A stretch of 64,000 bases of DNA, taken from assembly GCA_010909165.1 (NCBI GenBank), contig MU008167.1, forward strand, positions 434,001-498,000, read 5' to 3'. Position 1 is the first letter of the stretch. Each line of letters starts with the position of its first letter. The position numbers were made by a program, and so were the translations under genes. This DNA is from Anthoceros angustus (taxonomy: Eukaryota; Plantae; Anthocerotophyta). This document shows positions 26,240-38,296 of the stretch, in pieces. The notes beneath the pieces were generated by a model. The model was given only the letters and a program-made list of their open reading frames with translations, searched no databases and was not told the origin of the DNA.

Positions 26240-26865
26240 AGTTGCTCCATGTTCTTGACCCTCTGAGGAATGTACATGGGGCACATAGGTTCATTTTCTA
26301 TCCCCATCACATTCCTCCCACGGTTGATAGCAGCTACTAGAAAGCTGTTGGGCCCGGCACAAGCACCTACCACCCAATCCTTCTCATTGGAGAACATATT
26401 GACCAGCTTGCCCATTAGGCTCTAAGGCCTTTGATATGGACAAACCATTTGTTTGTTGGATGAGCGGAAGAGCAGTTTCTTCACGACTGTCCCATGCAAG
26501 ATAACCCTTGGCAGAACCTCTTTGCGATTTGCCTTCGCAAATAAGGTGGCCCTTGACTTGCTCGACATACTGCATACTCCGCTATCAATAGTAATAAATT
26601 CGACAATCTCCACAGCTCTAGAATTTGTGGAATATTTGTTTTCTCCCTCACCAAAGTCTGAATGGCTCCCTTCCTGCATCATGGTTTTATAGCATCTCTC
26701 ACCAAGGCTAGGTCATCCACTCCATGGACTAAAATCACCCTAAAAACATCGGACATTGTGAGCCACTGGAATTGTTGAAGCATGTTCTTCAGATCACTGT
26801 CCGTGAACTCCCTGTCCTAATGTTACTTAAGAAGCCTTATTGGTAAATCATAAAGAATAGGGTAT
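26240..26865 (-). pseudogene. Decayed beta-class N4-cytosine/N6-adenine DNA methyltransferase (N6_N4_Mtase-like)
   Basis: Reconstructed: ILYDLP..LLK*H*DREF...IQTLVREKTNI (frameshift) ..IVEFITI...VCPYQRP*SLMGKLVNMFSNEKDWVVGACAGPNSFLVAAINRGRNVMGIENEP; motif order IV-TRD-X-I; acidic tail continues to ~25875. Confidence 0.8.
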
Positions 26866-26869
26866 ATGG

Positions 26870-29800
26870 GCGCCCTGGCATGAAAGCCTTCATCTTCATA
26901 ACACCCCTCTCAGTCGTTGTGAATGGAAGCCATGAACGCACTATATGGGGTCCTGAAGCCAAACATACCTGGGATGCCAAAGACGAGAAGGCTCAAGACA
27001 TCTTGATCAATGGCCTCTCACAACATATGGTTAGGCAAATCGGTGAAGCAAACTCCTCTAAGGAGATGTGGGATCATCTCGCCCAACGATACTATGAGTC
27101 TGATGACTGTACCCGCAACTTCCATAATCTAAAGATGAAAGAATCAGATACAATTGAACATCATATTAGTACTTCCCATCTGGCAAGATCTTACCTTGAA
27201 GCTACATCTGGTACTAAACTTTCTGAGTTGAATTGTTTTGTTGCTCTTTTATTCTCCTTACCATCCCCCTATAGATCTTTTGTAACAACACAGAATGCCA
27301 TGTTAAGGACTGCTCGTAAAAACATGGGCAAGTACGACTCCGAAGGAATCAACATTAATTAGTGTCATTGAGTTGATTGGAGCATTGATCTAGGAGGAGT
27401 CTAGTCATCGATATGAATCTGAATCCAGCAGATAGCAGGTAATGTACACTAGAAGAGGTAGAGGTAGAGGTAGAGGTAGAGGAAGAGGTCGAGGTCGAGG
27501 TCGAGGCCGCGGCAGAGGATCATCTTCTAGATCTACGAATTCTACACAACATACATTTATTGGAGAGAGTCCATCTTTCTCCACACCAGAAGAGGTACCA
27601 GGAAGGGTGGCATTATTTGTACTTGGTGCAGAATCCCCAACCACATGGAAAAGGACCGCGGATAAAAGAAGAATGGCAAGCCTAGGAAAGAGCCTCCACC
27701 TAGCTTATGTCTAGAACATACTATACAAGTTACATTCCATCCAGAAAGTTGCTTCATCACTAATGTTTCCAATAAGGTACATGCCATTTGCACAGACACA
27801 CTAGAAAACGGACTACACAAGTTGTCAATCCAAGTGGGTCCCACACATTCCGTCAATGTAACGTCCCAAGATTCTGTCACACCAACACAAACTATGCTTT
27901 GGCATTGTCGTCTAGGCTATCCACATGATTAAAAATTACTCCAAATATCTAAGCCAAATCTTTATAGAACTCTCTGTCTCTCCAAAATTGAATACCTACC
28001 GTGGTGTGAAGTTTGTGTCTTAACTAAAAGACATTAAGCTTTTTTTTAGAACATCTTTTCATAGAGGGCTACATCACCTCTCGAACTGGTTCATACAGAC
28101 ATTTGTGGTCCTATATCTAAACCCTCCTTTAGTGGTAGTAGATACTTTTTCACCTTCACAAACGACTGCTCTCGCTTCGTCCTTACCTAGATCCTCAAGC
28201 ACAAGAGTGATACTTATCATTTCTTCAAGGATTATATGGCTTGGGCAGAGAGCTTAACAGATAAAAAACTCAAGCCCTTATGTTCTGACATGATGGCATG
28301 TTTACATCACATCCATTTGCTGAGTGTTGTAGAGCTGAAGGCATAGCTCAACAAACTCATTGTTGTACACACTCCTCAGCAAAATGGCGTAGCAAAAAAT
28401 AAGAAGTTACGCCTACAAGAGATTACAGGCTATTTATTATCCCAAGCACACTTACCAAAAGTTTATTGGGCAGAAGCTATTCTGACAGCCACTTATCTCA
28501 TCAATAGATTGCCTACATTTGTTGTTCAAGGCATGACTCCATATGAAGCCTTTACTGGTAAAAAGCCTTTTATCGATCATCTTTGAATTTTTGGATCTCC
28601 TGCTTATATGTTTATTCCTCAAGCACAACGTAAGAAGTTAGATCTCAATGCTGCCAAGTATATTTTTATTGGCCTATACCGAAGGCATCAAAATTTACAA
28701 ATTGTTTGATCCTTTGACCGAAAAGCTTCTTAATGCTCGAAGTGTTACTTTTCACGAGTCTCACCTTTTTTCTCCTTCTATGGGAGCTAAAGACTCTGGC
28801 AATCTTACTCCTCTTCCCAATGAGGATTTTGATTATTCTTTATTTGATGACAGTGATACCATCACTCACTTCCCTGTTCCTGCTTCACATGTTCCTTTGG
28901 TTGAACCTGATGTGCAGGAGGAGGAGGAGTTAGCACCCATTCCACGAGCTGACACACTTCCGTTAAACACAAATGAATCTCAACATCTTGAGGACATCCC
29001 TAACAACCCCGATGAGTTATTTTCTAATGAACCTTGTCCTCCTCAGTATGTTGAAGGACCTCATTCACCCACTCAGGACTCACCTTCCGGGCCAGATGTG
29101 GAAGATGTACAACTTGCTTGCAAACACGACCTACTATTTCAGGCCCTGCAGGATGGAAATAGCCTGCCTTATGATATGCTTTTAGATGATCATGTTCCCT
29201 CTGAGTCATCTTACCTTCAAGCTGTATATAAGACCACAACCGATCCCGAAGAGCCTCTCACTTCAAAACAAGCTTTCACCTCACCTGGAAAAGACCTGTG
29301 GAAAGTAGCTATTGATTCTGAGTGCAATTCCTTAGTTCAAAATTCAACAGAGGAATTGGTTCGATCACCTAAGGGTAGAAAGATTATCACAAGTAAGTGG
29401 GCATTCAAAATAAAAAGAAAGGGGGATGGCTCTATTGAGCGCTACAAAGCATGTTTAGTGGTTAGAGGGTTTACTCAAATTCTAGGTTTAGATTATTTAC
29501 CCTATGGCATATACGCTCCAGTAGCTAAGTTTGCCTCCCTTATGATAATCTTTGCCTTAACTGCCCAACATGACCTTCACCTTCACATGATGGACGTGAA
29601 GACAACTTATTTCTGTGGATATCTTCAAGAAGAAATCTACGTCTAAGGGTTATGAGGTTAAGGGTAAGGAGGACTGGGGATGTAAACTTGTTAAATGCAT
29701 CTATGGTTCCTCATAAGCATGCAATTGGCACTATAATATATTTAAGCAACTTCACAAGACCAGATATCTCCTTTGAAGTCGGCGCTTGCTCACAATTCTT

Positions 29801-30437
29801 GGAGAATTCTGGACCTGAGCATTGGACATAAGTAAAGCACATATTTAGATACCTCAAGGGTACTATGCACATTGGACTGATGTACAGATATATATCCGGC
29901 ATCAACAAGCTAATAGTAACAGCTTATGTCGATGTCGCTTATGCTGGTGATCTCGACACAGGAAAGTCCGTATCAGGTTATGTACTCATACTATGCAGGG
30001 CTCCTATCTCTTGGTCAAGTAAGAAACAACCGACCATTGCCTTGTCAAGTACTGAGTCAGAATACAGAGTACTCACCTCAGTGGCCAAGGATATTGTTTG
30101 GAGTAGATTAGCTTTCGATGAGCTTAATCACCCACAAAATAATCCTACAACACTTCTGCGTGATAGTCAGGGAGCTAGAGCATTAGCTAGAAACCCTGTT
30201 TTTCATTCCAGAACTAAGCAGATAGCAGTTGAGTACCATTACATAAGAGAGCTCCTAGAATATAAGACAATAGATATCAACTACATACAAACTCAAAAGA
30301 ACCCAGCATATTTGTTAACAAAATCTCTTGGTCGGGACCTACACAATAAGTACATGAAAGTCCTAGGTCTACTAGATATAAAGTCTAAACCTTCCTTAGT
30401 TAGTGCACTAACATCAGTAGTTTATGGGCATATCTAA
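26870..30437 (+). mobile_element. Decayed Ty1/copia LTR retrotransposon internal region (gag, integrase, RT, RNase H); LTRs not found
   Basis: gag WDAKDEKAQDIL...SKEMWDHL; (RG)n tract ~27451-27517; LWHCRLGYP; PLELVHTDICGP; TPQQNGVA; YWAEAILTATYLINR; KWAFKIKRKGDGSIERYKACLV; MDVKT; ISWSSKKQPTIALSSTESEY; NPVFHSRTK; many stops and frameshifts. Confidence 0.95.
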
Positions 30438-30599
30438 GTTAACTTCATTATCTTAGCCCCAAACTTTGTCTATGAAGTATTTCTTCTAACTCCAAGTACT
30501 CTCATAGTGCACCATGTCTTCCATATCTAGTGCCCATGCAAACCCTAAGTGAATAGAATAGATTAGTTATTATAAATATTATATAAATATTTAATGATT

Positions 30600-32110
30600 A
30601 AACTTATGGCACTTAGGACACTCACGGTACATATGCTTGGTATGCCCCTCATACTCCTTACATGGCTCATAACCTAACTACACCTTGTGGATCCGAGTTT
30701 TAGAGTAGACATAACTTTCAGGAACATTGAAGTCCCTCTTTCCACCTAGGCAAATCAAGTAAGCTGCGTTTGTCAATCACTAGCTAGCAGGTGCTGCTTA
30801 GGAATTCAATATCCCACCTTAGTGGAAGCCATCCAAGGTACACAGACCCTCATATTATAGGTTCCTACACTCTTGTCATTTTCTGCCATTAAATAATTCA
30901 GTTAGCAAGAAAAAAAGCAAATAAGGGTTTTCATATCAAATTTTAAGTTATCAACTTACCGTTAGTGTGGTTTGCTCCATCCACCTTAGCTTTGCCATTT
31001 TCATTGCTCTTGACTGGGACGAACCCCAGCCACTCATGTCCCATATCTACACAACCCACAAACCGTAAGCCTACCTTTTCACCTTGGTTCCTATGCTCAT
31101 TTTGGCCACAAACATACACGTACCATTTACCAGCTCCTGCAACATCCTACAAGCTTCAAGGTTGGAATAAATATTAGTTTTCAAGCAACTAGCCCTCCAG
31201 CCAAGACTCCCTTCACACATAGTAGTCTCCTCTTCGCTCATTGGTTCAGGGATGCTATGTTCAGGAATGGTCCCAATCCTGGTTTTTAAAACATGGGCAC
31301 TATCTTTAGCGGTTCCTCATCTATTGTGAGAGCCTTGGGCATTTCAGCACCTGTTTTTGTGCAGCTAGGTTTTAGAAAAGTGAGTTCAGGACAAGGGACT
31401 ATTTTTTTTTTTTTCCAACAACGTGCATCCACTCACCTTCAGCTGGCATCATCTCATCTCCATCTAGTTCGAAATCATCATAGCCAGGTGGCTTCTCTTC
31501 CTCGATCTCTAGACCATCAGATGGAGAATGAGAGCTCCATGATGGCCGTTGCATCGCATGCATTAGATTGGGCATTGCTAGATGAAGACTGGCCTTTGGC
31601 AATCTCCACAAGGTGATCAAATGCTGCCACTTCTTCAGATATTGGACGCATGGGGGCATTAACGGCGCGTCAAATGTGTGGTTGTCTCCCCCGGGATGCT
31701 AGCAAGAAGGGCATCCATGGTGATGGGCGCAAGCGTAATTGCAGGAATCTCCAAGTTTCCATTTTCCTAGCAGATAGCGGCAGTGGACATGGGCGCGAGA
31801 CCCCTCTCTTCCTCTCCTTCTCCCCTTTTCTTAGTCACATGTGCAGATCTCTCCACTGGGCTGCAGCAATCGGACTTGGTGGGCGGCTTCAGCAATAATT
31901 GGATGGGCAATGACGGCCTCTTGTTGCCTGTGCATGGGTGTGCTCTGTGGCGGTGGTGTGTGCAGTGGTGGTAGCTCGGCAGCTTGTGGAGGTGAGTAGA
32001 CCTCCTCAACGCCATAGCCTGTCCCTAGAAGCTCTTTGCCATCCTCTCCGATGATTTGCATATGGATGGTGATAGGTTCTTCCCTCCCCACTCCTTCCCC
32101 CATAACCATA
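30600..32110 (-). pseudogene. Degenerate coding remnant of unknown family, with one apparent intron
   Basis: Protein-like fragments (EEPITIHMQIIGEDGKELLG; EEKPPGYDDFELDG; KWYVYVCGQNEH..GLRFVGCVDMGHEWLGFVP; HTKHMYRECPKCH); GTAAGT...GGCAG intron at ~30882-30959; multiple stops. Confidence 0.4.
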
Positions 32111-32604
32111 TGTCTGTATTTCAGATAATGGGGGGATTTTCCATATTTATGGGATTTTCTCGTATTTAGTCCTATTTTCTTATTTTTAATGGTTTATTAA
32201 TAACTTAAATCCACTTAATGCGACTTAAGTTGGGTTTTCTATTTAGCTTTATAAAGCTCAGTTGCTCCTCTCCACTGCAACCCTCGGGGTTGCCTTTGGT
32301 TGTCCCCTCTTAGATGAGCTCTTCCCATCGTTTTTTCACCTCAATAAAATATGTCTAAAATTTTTAGCTTCATAACTTCTTTTCTAGTGAGAGTTTAGCT
32401 GCAATATTACGATTGTTTTCTAGATTATTCTCCCCCCTATGTCACATGAGTGGGAGTGATGAAATGCTTTATTAATTAGGCACTATTTTAGGGCACATAT
32501 AATCCTAGAATTAATGATTAATTAATTCCTAGGGAAATAAGTAGTTTCTTAAGTAGTTACTTGTAGTTAGTTGTTATATTGGTAACAACAACCTATAACC
32601 ATCT

Positions 32605-33930
32605 CTACTTTATAAACACTTGCACTTCAATCATTTCAAGTAATTCTACAATATCCTTGAGCAAGTGTGTGTGATTTTCATCACAGATGATATCACGTCT
32701 TAAGGTCATTGTTGAATGCATTGAGAAGGACCTAAGGTGGTTGAGACAACACAGCTGGAAGCACACATACATGTGAACAACACTAGAAAGTTTCAAGTGA
32801 GCATTTGACTGCTAGAAAGACTGAAGGAGTTCATCAATATTCCAGACAATATCTCAAATGGTGCCATGCACAAAACAACTCTTAGTTAGGTTGCGAAAGT
32901 ACAGAATCCACATTGGCAGTTTGAAGGGATCGTAATCTAAATGCTTCTTATGACTACGGCTGAGGCAAACACCCTTTGCAAGATGCCCAATCGTAGACTA
33001 TCTATGTTTCTAGGAGTGCAACAACGTTGTTTCTGTTATCTTGGGCAGCTCAATTGGCTCTCTTGGAACACTCTTTTGCCCTACCACTTTTCCTCAAGAC
33101 AAGGCTTTGTCCCGAAAGATGGTTGAATAAGGGGTTTGCCCTCCCCATAATAAGGCGTGTGACGAAATCAATAAGCATTTTGAATTCCACCCAGCCAGAT
33201 CAATCGCTTGACAACTAAAGGCGATTCCAAAACATTGTACATGTGTGGCTTTGGAACAAAGACTTCTTTGTGTGGGTTAGTACCAAGCACACAAGCAATT
33301 TTGTCTTCTCCAATGGAGCTGGTTGCGACGTCGTATGACCATCAGCTTCATAACCACTCTAGACAGTAACAACGCCATACAGTCAAGGCTTTTCTCCGAC
33401 ATTTTGGCGGAAGCCGTCCTTCTTCAATCAGAAGCCTAGAAAGTAGTGTACTGCTCATCAAGAGAGGCAGATTGGTTGTTGGTCTCCTCGAATATTGCAA
33501 AAGCTAAAGAATTTTCCAGCACATGGAGAACTGGATGCACTAGCGAGAGCATAGGCTTTTAATGTCCGAAGGTTCATGTCTAGAAGCTTTCCAATATCAC
33601 ACCACCTCACTCTCAACTTGAAGAGCAGGTTTGAGGAGGCAGAATGCCATGCATTTTGCACAATCATGTCGAGAAGGATGCTCTTGGGAACCTCATTGAC
33701 CACCTTTTGGTGTGGAGGTCTCCTTCGTGCGGGACTATACAGCACGAGACCATCTTTCTTTTCCGTAAACCAAAGAGTGAAATTGTCATCGCCGAGAGCA
33801 GAACTCCAAGCTCAAATAGAATTGTTTCATCAGCATCCGCTGGAGTTCATGAACAAGAGAGGTCTCCCCCGCCACCCTCCCCTGACCTGTCTCAAAATAG
33901 TCTAAACCCAACTCACATTTCATATTGGTG
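32605..33930 (-). pseudogene. Degenerate coding remnant of unknown family
   Basis: Collinear fragments 33458-33745 and 32605-~32980 (HLDYDPFKLPMWILYFRNLTKSCFVHG...HLLKDIVELLEMIEV) interrupted by stops. Confidence 0.35.
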
Positions 33931-35285
33931 TTCACACCCTCTTGCGGAACGTGGTGCCCCGAACTGGAACGCTTGAGTGCGTCATCACCCGCCCATGGCT
34001 TTCTTTTAAGACATTGGAGTTTTGCAACATTTAGAATTATGCACTATATGTATGAGAGTGACTCGCATTTTCTTCTTTCTTGGTCCATGACCACGAAGAT
34101 CATAAACAAACAAAAAAAATATTTGAAGTCCACTAAGGACGAAAGATCACGAGACCTATAGACTACGGGTAAATTTTTAATAAGATTTCATTCACATTTA
34201 ATTTTAGCCATGCTAAAGATCGAGCGATTGAAATTGATTGCGAAAAATTCCTTGACTTGGCAAAGGTGTAGGTACCTAAAGAAACTCTACTCAACTCAAG
34301 AAGGGAGTCCGGAATGGATGGCACCTCAAAGGCCGAGCGGCAAGTCATGATGCAAGCCAGGAATTTCCTGGGCTGTCCGATGGGGGAACACGGGAAATCC
34401 ATGGCCCCATGATTGCTATGGCCATGTCCGGCGCACCTGGCCCAATTGCGGGTATCGCCAGTATCGCCGCGGAGGCGGAATCGCGATTCGCAATTCGCGG
34501 CGGAGGAAGACGGCTGCGTCGTTTGCCCAGGCAGAGAGCGGCATAAGCAAGCGGGATCCTGCAGCGCAGGTTGTGTGGTGGCCTCAATCTCCAGACGCGA
34601 GCGTGGCGGATTTGCAGGCTGGCCACGGATCTGGACGCGGCTGCCAGCGGCGAGCAGATTGATGTGCGCCTCGCTCTCGGCTGCGGGAGCTGCCGATGCG
34701 GGAAGACGCAGTGCAGTCGTGTCGTGTTGCTGTTGCGGCCCCGCCAGAGGCCCACGTTTTGCTTAAGACGCTAGGAGCGGATGTGCGCGCTGCCCAGGAG
34801 CACAGGATCTCCCTCTGCCCATCTCCGGCCGAGGCCGGAGGAAGCTGCTCCCGGTAGCTCGGATTCGGGAGGGAGGGCCTGTCGGTGGTTGGAGCCGGTA
34901 GGTGAGTAGGTGGGCGCTCCCAGAGCAGCCGGGCAGGGTTGCACGGCGGGGAATGGAGGAGGAGGAGGTGAGGAAGTGAAGGGCTTGGTGCCGAGGGTTT
35001 GTTGGGCGATAGGGTGATTTGTTGGGCGATAGGGTGATTGTGTGGAGGAGGAGGAGCGGTTGATGCGGTAAGGGGGAGAAGGATGTAGACTTGCATTTTT
35101 TGGGATGGGGATGAGGGCTGGGGTAAATGGTGTTTGGATGTGTGGACTGGGGAGGTGAGCTAACTTGTGGAGGTGGGTCAGTTGCAGGGGCCGGATTCGT
35201 GTGGACGGAGGGGTTTGTCCGCTCTGGTTGAGGGGAGGAGAAGATTTTGGGGTCACTGACTGTCTTTTTGGTGAGTGGAAGAGAG

Positions 35286-36671
35286 ATGGGGGCATTTCTT
35301 AGCCTCGCCAGGAGGGTTCCTGATGAGGGTCCGAGTGACATGCCACAGCCGGAATCGAGTAAGCGGCAGCGGTTGTCGGCAGGGTATCTGAGTTCTGAGC
35401 AAGCTCAACTGATCCCTGGGTTGCCGGATGAGCTGTCGCTGCATATATTGGCTCGGGTGCCTCGTGGGTGTCATAGCGTGTTGAGGTCAGTTTGCAGAGG
35501 CTGGCATGAAGTGCTGGCCACCAGTGAGATCTTCCAGCTGAGGAAGGAGCTCGGGCTGACGGAAGAGTGGTTGTATATTTTGATGAAAGATGAGGAGGAG
35601 CGGCTTGTGTGGCATGTGCTTGATCCTGTGGAGGGGAAGTGGTGCCGGCTGCCACCCATGCCGGAGATCAGCCATGAGCATGACATGCATCAAGTGTCGG
35701 GGTGGGGGTGGCTGAACTCCATCGGGTCGTCGGGTTTGAGGATTTCGGGCTTGTTCAGAGGATGGTTCGGGCGGAGGGACTCGCTAGATAGGACTCCTTT
35801 TTGTGGTTGCTCGGCGGGTGCTGCTAATGGCTGCCTGTATGTTTTGGGAGGGTTTTCCAGGGCATGTGCGATGCGTTGTGTCTGGCGGTATGACCCTCTT
35901 GGTAATCAGTGGAGTGAAGCAGCCCCGATGCTTACCCCGAGGGCTTACTGCAAAACTGGCCTGCTGGGTAACAAGCTCTATGCTGTGGGTGGTGTCAACC
36001 GTGGAGGGCGAGGTGGTTTGACACCCCTTCAGTCTGCTGAGGTCTTTGAGCCGGAAACTAACACCTGGACCCCAATCCCTAACATGCCATTTGCGCGGGC
36101 TCAGGTCTTGCCCACAGCATTCCTTGCAGACATGTTGAAGCCTATTGCAACAGGAATGGCAGCTTTCAAGGGGAAGTTATGTGTGCCTCAGAGCTTGTAC
36201 TCATGGCCTTTCTTTGTGGATGTAGGGGGTGAAGTCTATGATCCAGTGTCAGAATTGTGGTTAGAGATGCCCCAAGGAATGGGGGAGGGCTGGCCTGCTC
36301 GGCAAGCAGGAACCAAGTTGAGTGTGGTGGTGAATGGCCAGCTCTATGCCCTTAATCCCACAAGTTCCATGGATGGTAGCAAGATCAAGATGTACGACTC
36401 TGAGCAGGATGTCTGGAAGGTGGTGCTGAAGAAAGTTCCTATTCTTTTGGAATTGACTGATGCGGAGTCCCCATACTTACTGGCTGGTTTCAGGGAGAAG
36501 CTTCATGTGATAACCAAAGATATACATGACAACATTGCAGTCCTTCGAGCAGAACTTGGCAACCCTCCTCCAGGTGGGAACTCTGAATCTGACGTCGAAG
36601 GCTGGAAAAGTATTGCAAGCAAGAACTTCGGTTCTGTGGAGCTGGTCACTTGTCAGGTTCTCGATTTGTGA
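35286..36671 (+). CDS. F-box/kelch-repeat protein, At1g22040-like, single coding exon
   Basis: F-box LIPGLPDELSLHILAR; EEWLY; kelch repeats LYVLGG, LYAVGG; AFLADMLKPIATGM, VPQSLYSWPFFVDVGGEVYDP, GWPARQAGTKLS; first ATG at 35286. Confidence 0.95.
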   Translation: MGAFLSLARRVPDEGPSDMPQPESSKRQRLSAGYLSSEQAQLIPGLPDELSLHILARVPRGCHSVLRSVCRGWHEVLATSEIFQLRKELGLTEEWLYILMKDEEERLVWHVLDPVEGKWCRLPPMPEISHEHDMHQVSGWGWLNSIGSSGLRISGLFRGWFGRRDSLDRTPFCGCSAGAANGCLYVLGGFSRACAMRCVWRYDPLGNQWSEAAPMLTPRAYCKTGLLGNKLYAVGGVNRGGRGGLTPLQSAEVFEPETNTWTPIPNMPFARAQVLPTAFLADMLKPIATGMAAFKGKLCVPQSLYSWPFFVDVGGEVYDPVSELWLEMPQGMGEGWPARQAGTKLSVVVNGQLYALNPTSSMDGSKIKMYDSEQDVWKVVLKKVPILLELTDAESPYLLAGFREKLHVITKDIHDNIAVLRAELGNPPPGGNSESDVEGWKSIASKNFGSVELVTCQVLDL

Positions 36672-37151
36672 CACACCCGCCATCCATGATCGGTGACACT
36701 TCCTTCATTATCTTTGACAGGTCCTTCATGATCCGTGACAGCCCGTCCATGTGTGACAGGTCTGGCCGACGTGATTTGTCGCTTGTCACATTTGTATTAT
36801 TTTGTAATAGCTCATCCTTCAAGCCCCCTAGTTCAGCCGATCTTCTCCATCGTGAATCAAGCATCTAGAATGGAGTGTCCAATATGGATTTGACCGGAAT
36901 AATTAGTTTCTATAGAACAATTACCTATGTTGACAATGACCACTGTTAAGACAGTAATACCCTCTAATACAACAAGAAACAATGCCCATGACTCACAGGA
37001 AATAAAGGCCAAGCATTATTCTCACTTCTGTCGCGGGCAGCCTAAGACAATGCTGATCTAATGATCCAAGAAATCTCAGCTCACTGATTTCTGCCGCAAA
37101 AAACAAGCTATCTCACATACCTACCTAGTAATTTTATAAAAGATAAATAAA

Positions 37152-37732
37152 AATCTCTAGTTGTAATCTCATACAAGACAGAGATTGATTAACTTCTCAA
37201 GCGAAACTTACACAACACAAAACATTAGGTCTCTAAGTACATACCATCAGGACTCTAAGTAGATAACATTACACAAGGATAGACTATTAGGCGTCACATA
37301 AAATCTAACATTATTGAGAATTAATTAGCCTTCAAGGCATAAGACGTAACACTAGAAGTTTTATGCCTTCAAAACATACAACCTAGTATCAAACTTCCGA
37401 GTAAATACAACTATCTTACACAAGATAAGACCATATTCTAGTAGATGCCGTTCTTTTGTTACGCACAAGACAAAGTATACACTACTATTAAGGTCGGGCA
37501 TTATGGTGTAGCCATCAACGCATATACTCCGTCACGTCGAGGCAGATTGATTATACACATGGTGCATTTCTCATCACTAAATGTTTTGGTATCCCAAGGT
37601 CACTTGAATGGGATGGCAGCCATTGTCGTCTAGGAACATTCTTTGGACTTTGCCTATGCATCCCAAATAAAAGAATTATAAATAGGAACATGGTTCAAAA
37701 AAAAATTAAGTAAAAGAAACCAAAGCATACTC
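37152..37732. repeat. 581-bp AT-rich segment recopied at 40717-41292
   Basis: Near-identical sequence; ORFs 37445 and 41005 differ by one residue. Confidence 0.95.
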
Positions 37733-38296
37733 TTAGACAATGGAATGCTCACCACATATTCTCCTGAGGTGGGACCAAAGAAAATGGAATGTTCTCGTCC
37801 TTTATCCCTAGGGAAACAAAGACCAGTGCATCCCTCTAAGTAAATAGGGGTCAAAAGTAGATTGTCATCAGGCCTTTAGTTCCTCCAAAGCATCAAAAAT
37901 ACCCTTCATTTTGAAGGACTCCACAATTTGTACAATATTACCTAGCTTTTTGGCAACCATCTTTTACGTCTAATACTAAGAATTGTTGATTCACCTAGTG
38001 AGAGTTTATGTTCTCCCTAAAGCACTATCAGTATCCATATCAACATTATACATTTTAATCTCCAATATAGTCATCTTATTGTCGACAAGTTTCACCGTAG
38101 AATTAATGTAATGTTATTGAAGTTCTCATAACTAAATATTAATTTTTTAAAATTATAACAGGTGGTATTATAGTACAAATATTTTTATTTATAATTAAAA
38201 TAGTTTCAAGGAGAAATACAAGATAAATATTTTATAAATCCAATCTTAAATCTTTCTATCTGGTTAAAAATAGACATTGAAGGTTCACATTTTACA

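Larger units (their letters stand above)
22945..34165. mobile_element. Candidate ~11.2-kb degenerate TIR DNA element with nested insertions
   Basis: Both ends read TAGTC inward; 22966-22987 matches the reverse complement of 34127-34148 at 17/22; limits coincide with the GC-rich to AT-rich transitions between two divergent genes; no transposase recognised. Confidence 0.35.

Noticed and set aside
26821-26870. TGTTA as the start of a copia 5' LTR
   Set aside because: No matching 3' LTR or PBS found; the bases read better as the MTase motif-IV region on the minus strand
27442-27714. RG-repeat RNA-binding protein ORF
   Set aside because: The (RG)n tract sits between copia gag and integrase and belongs to the decayed retrotransposon
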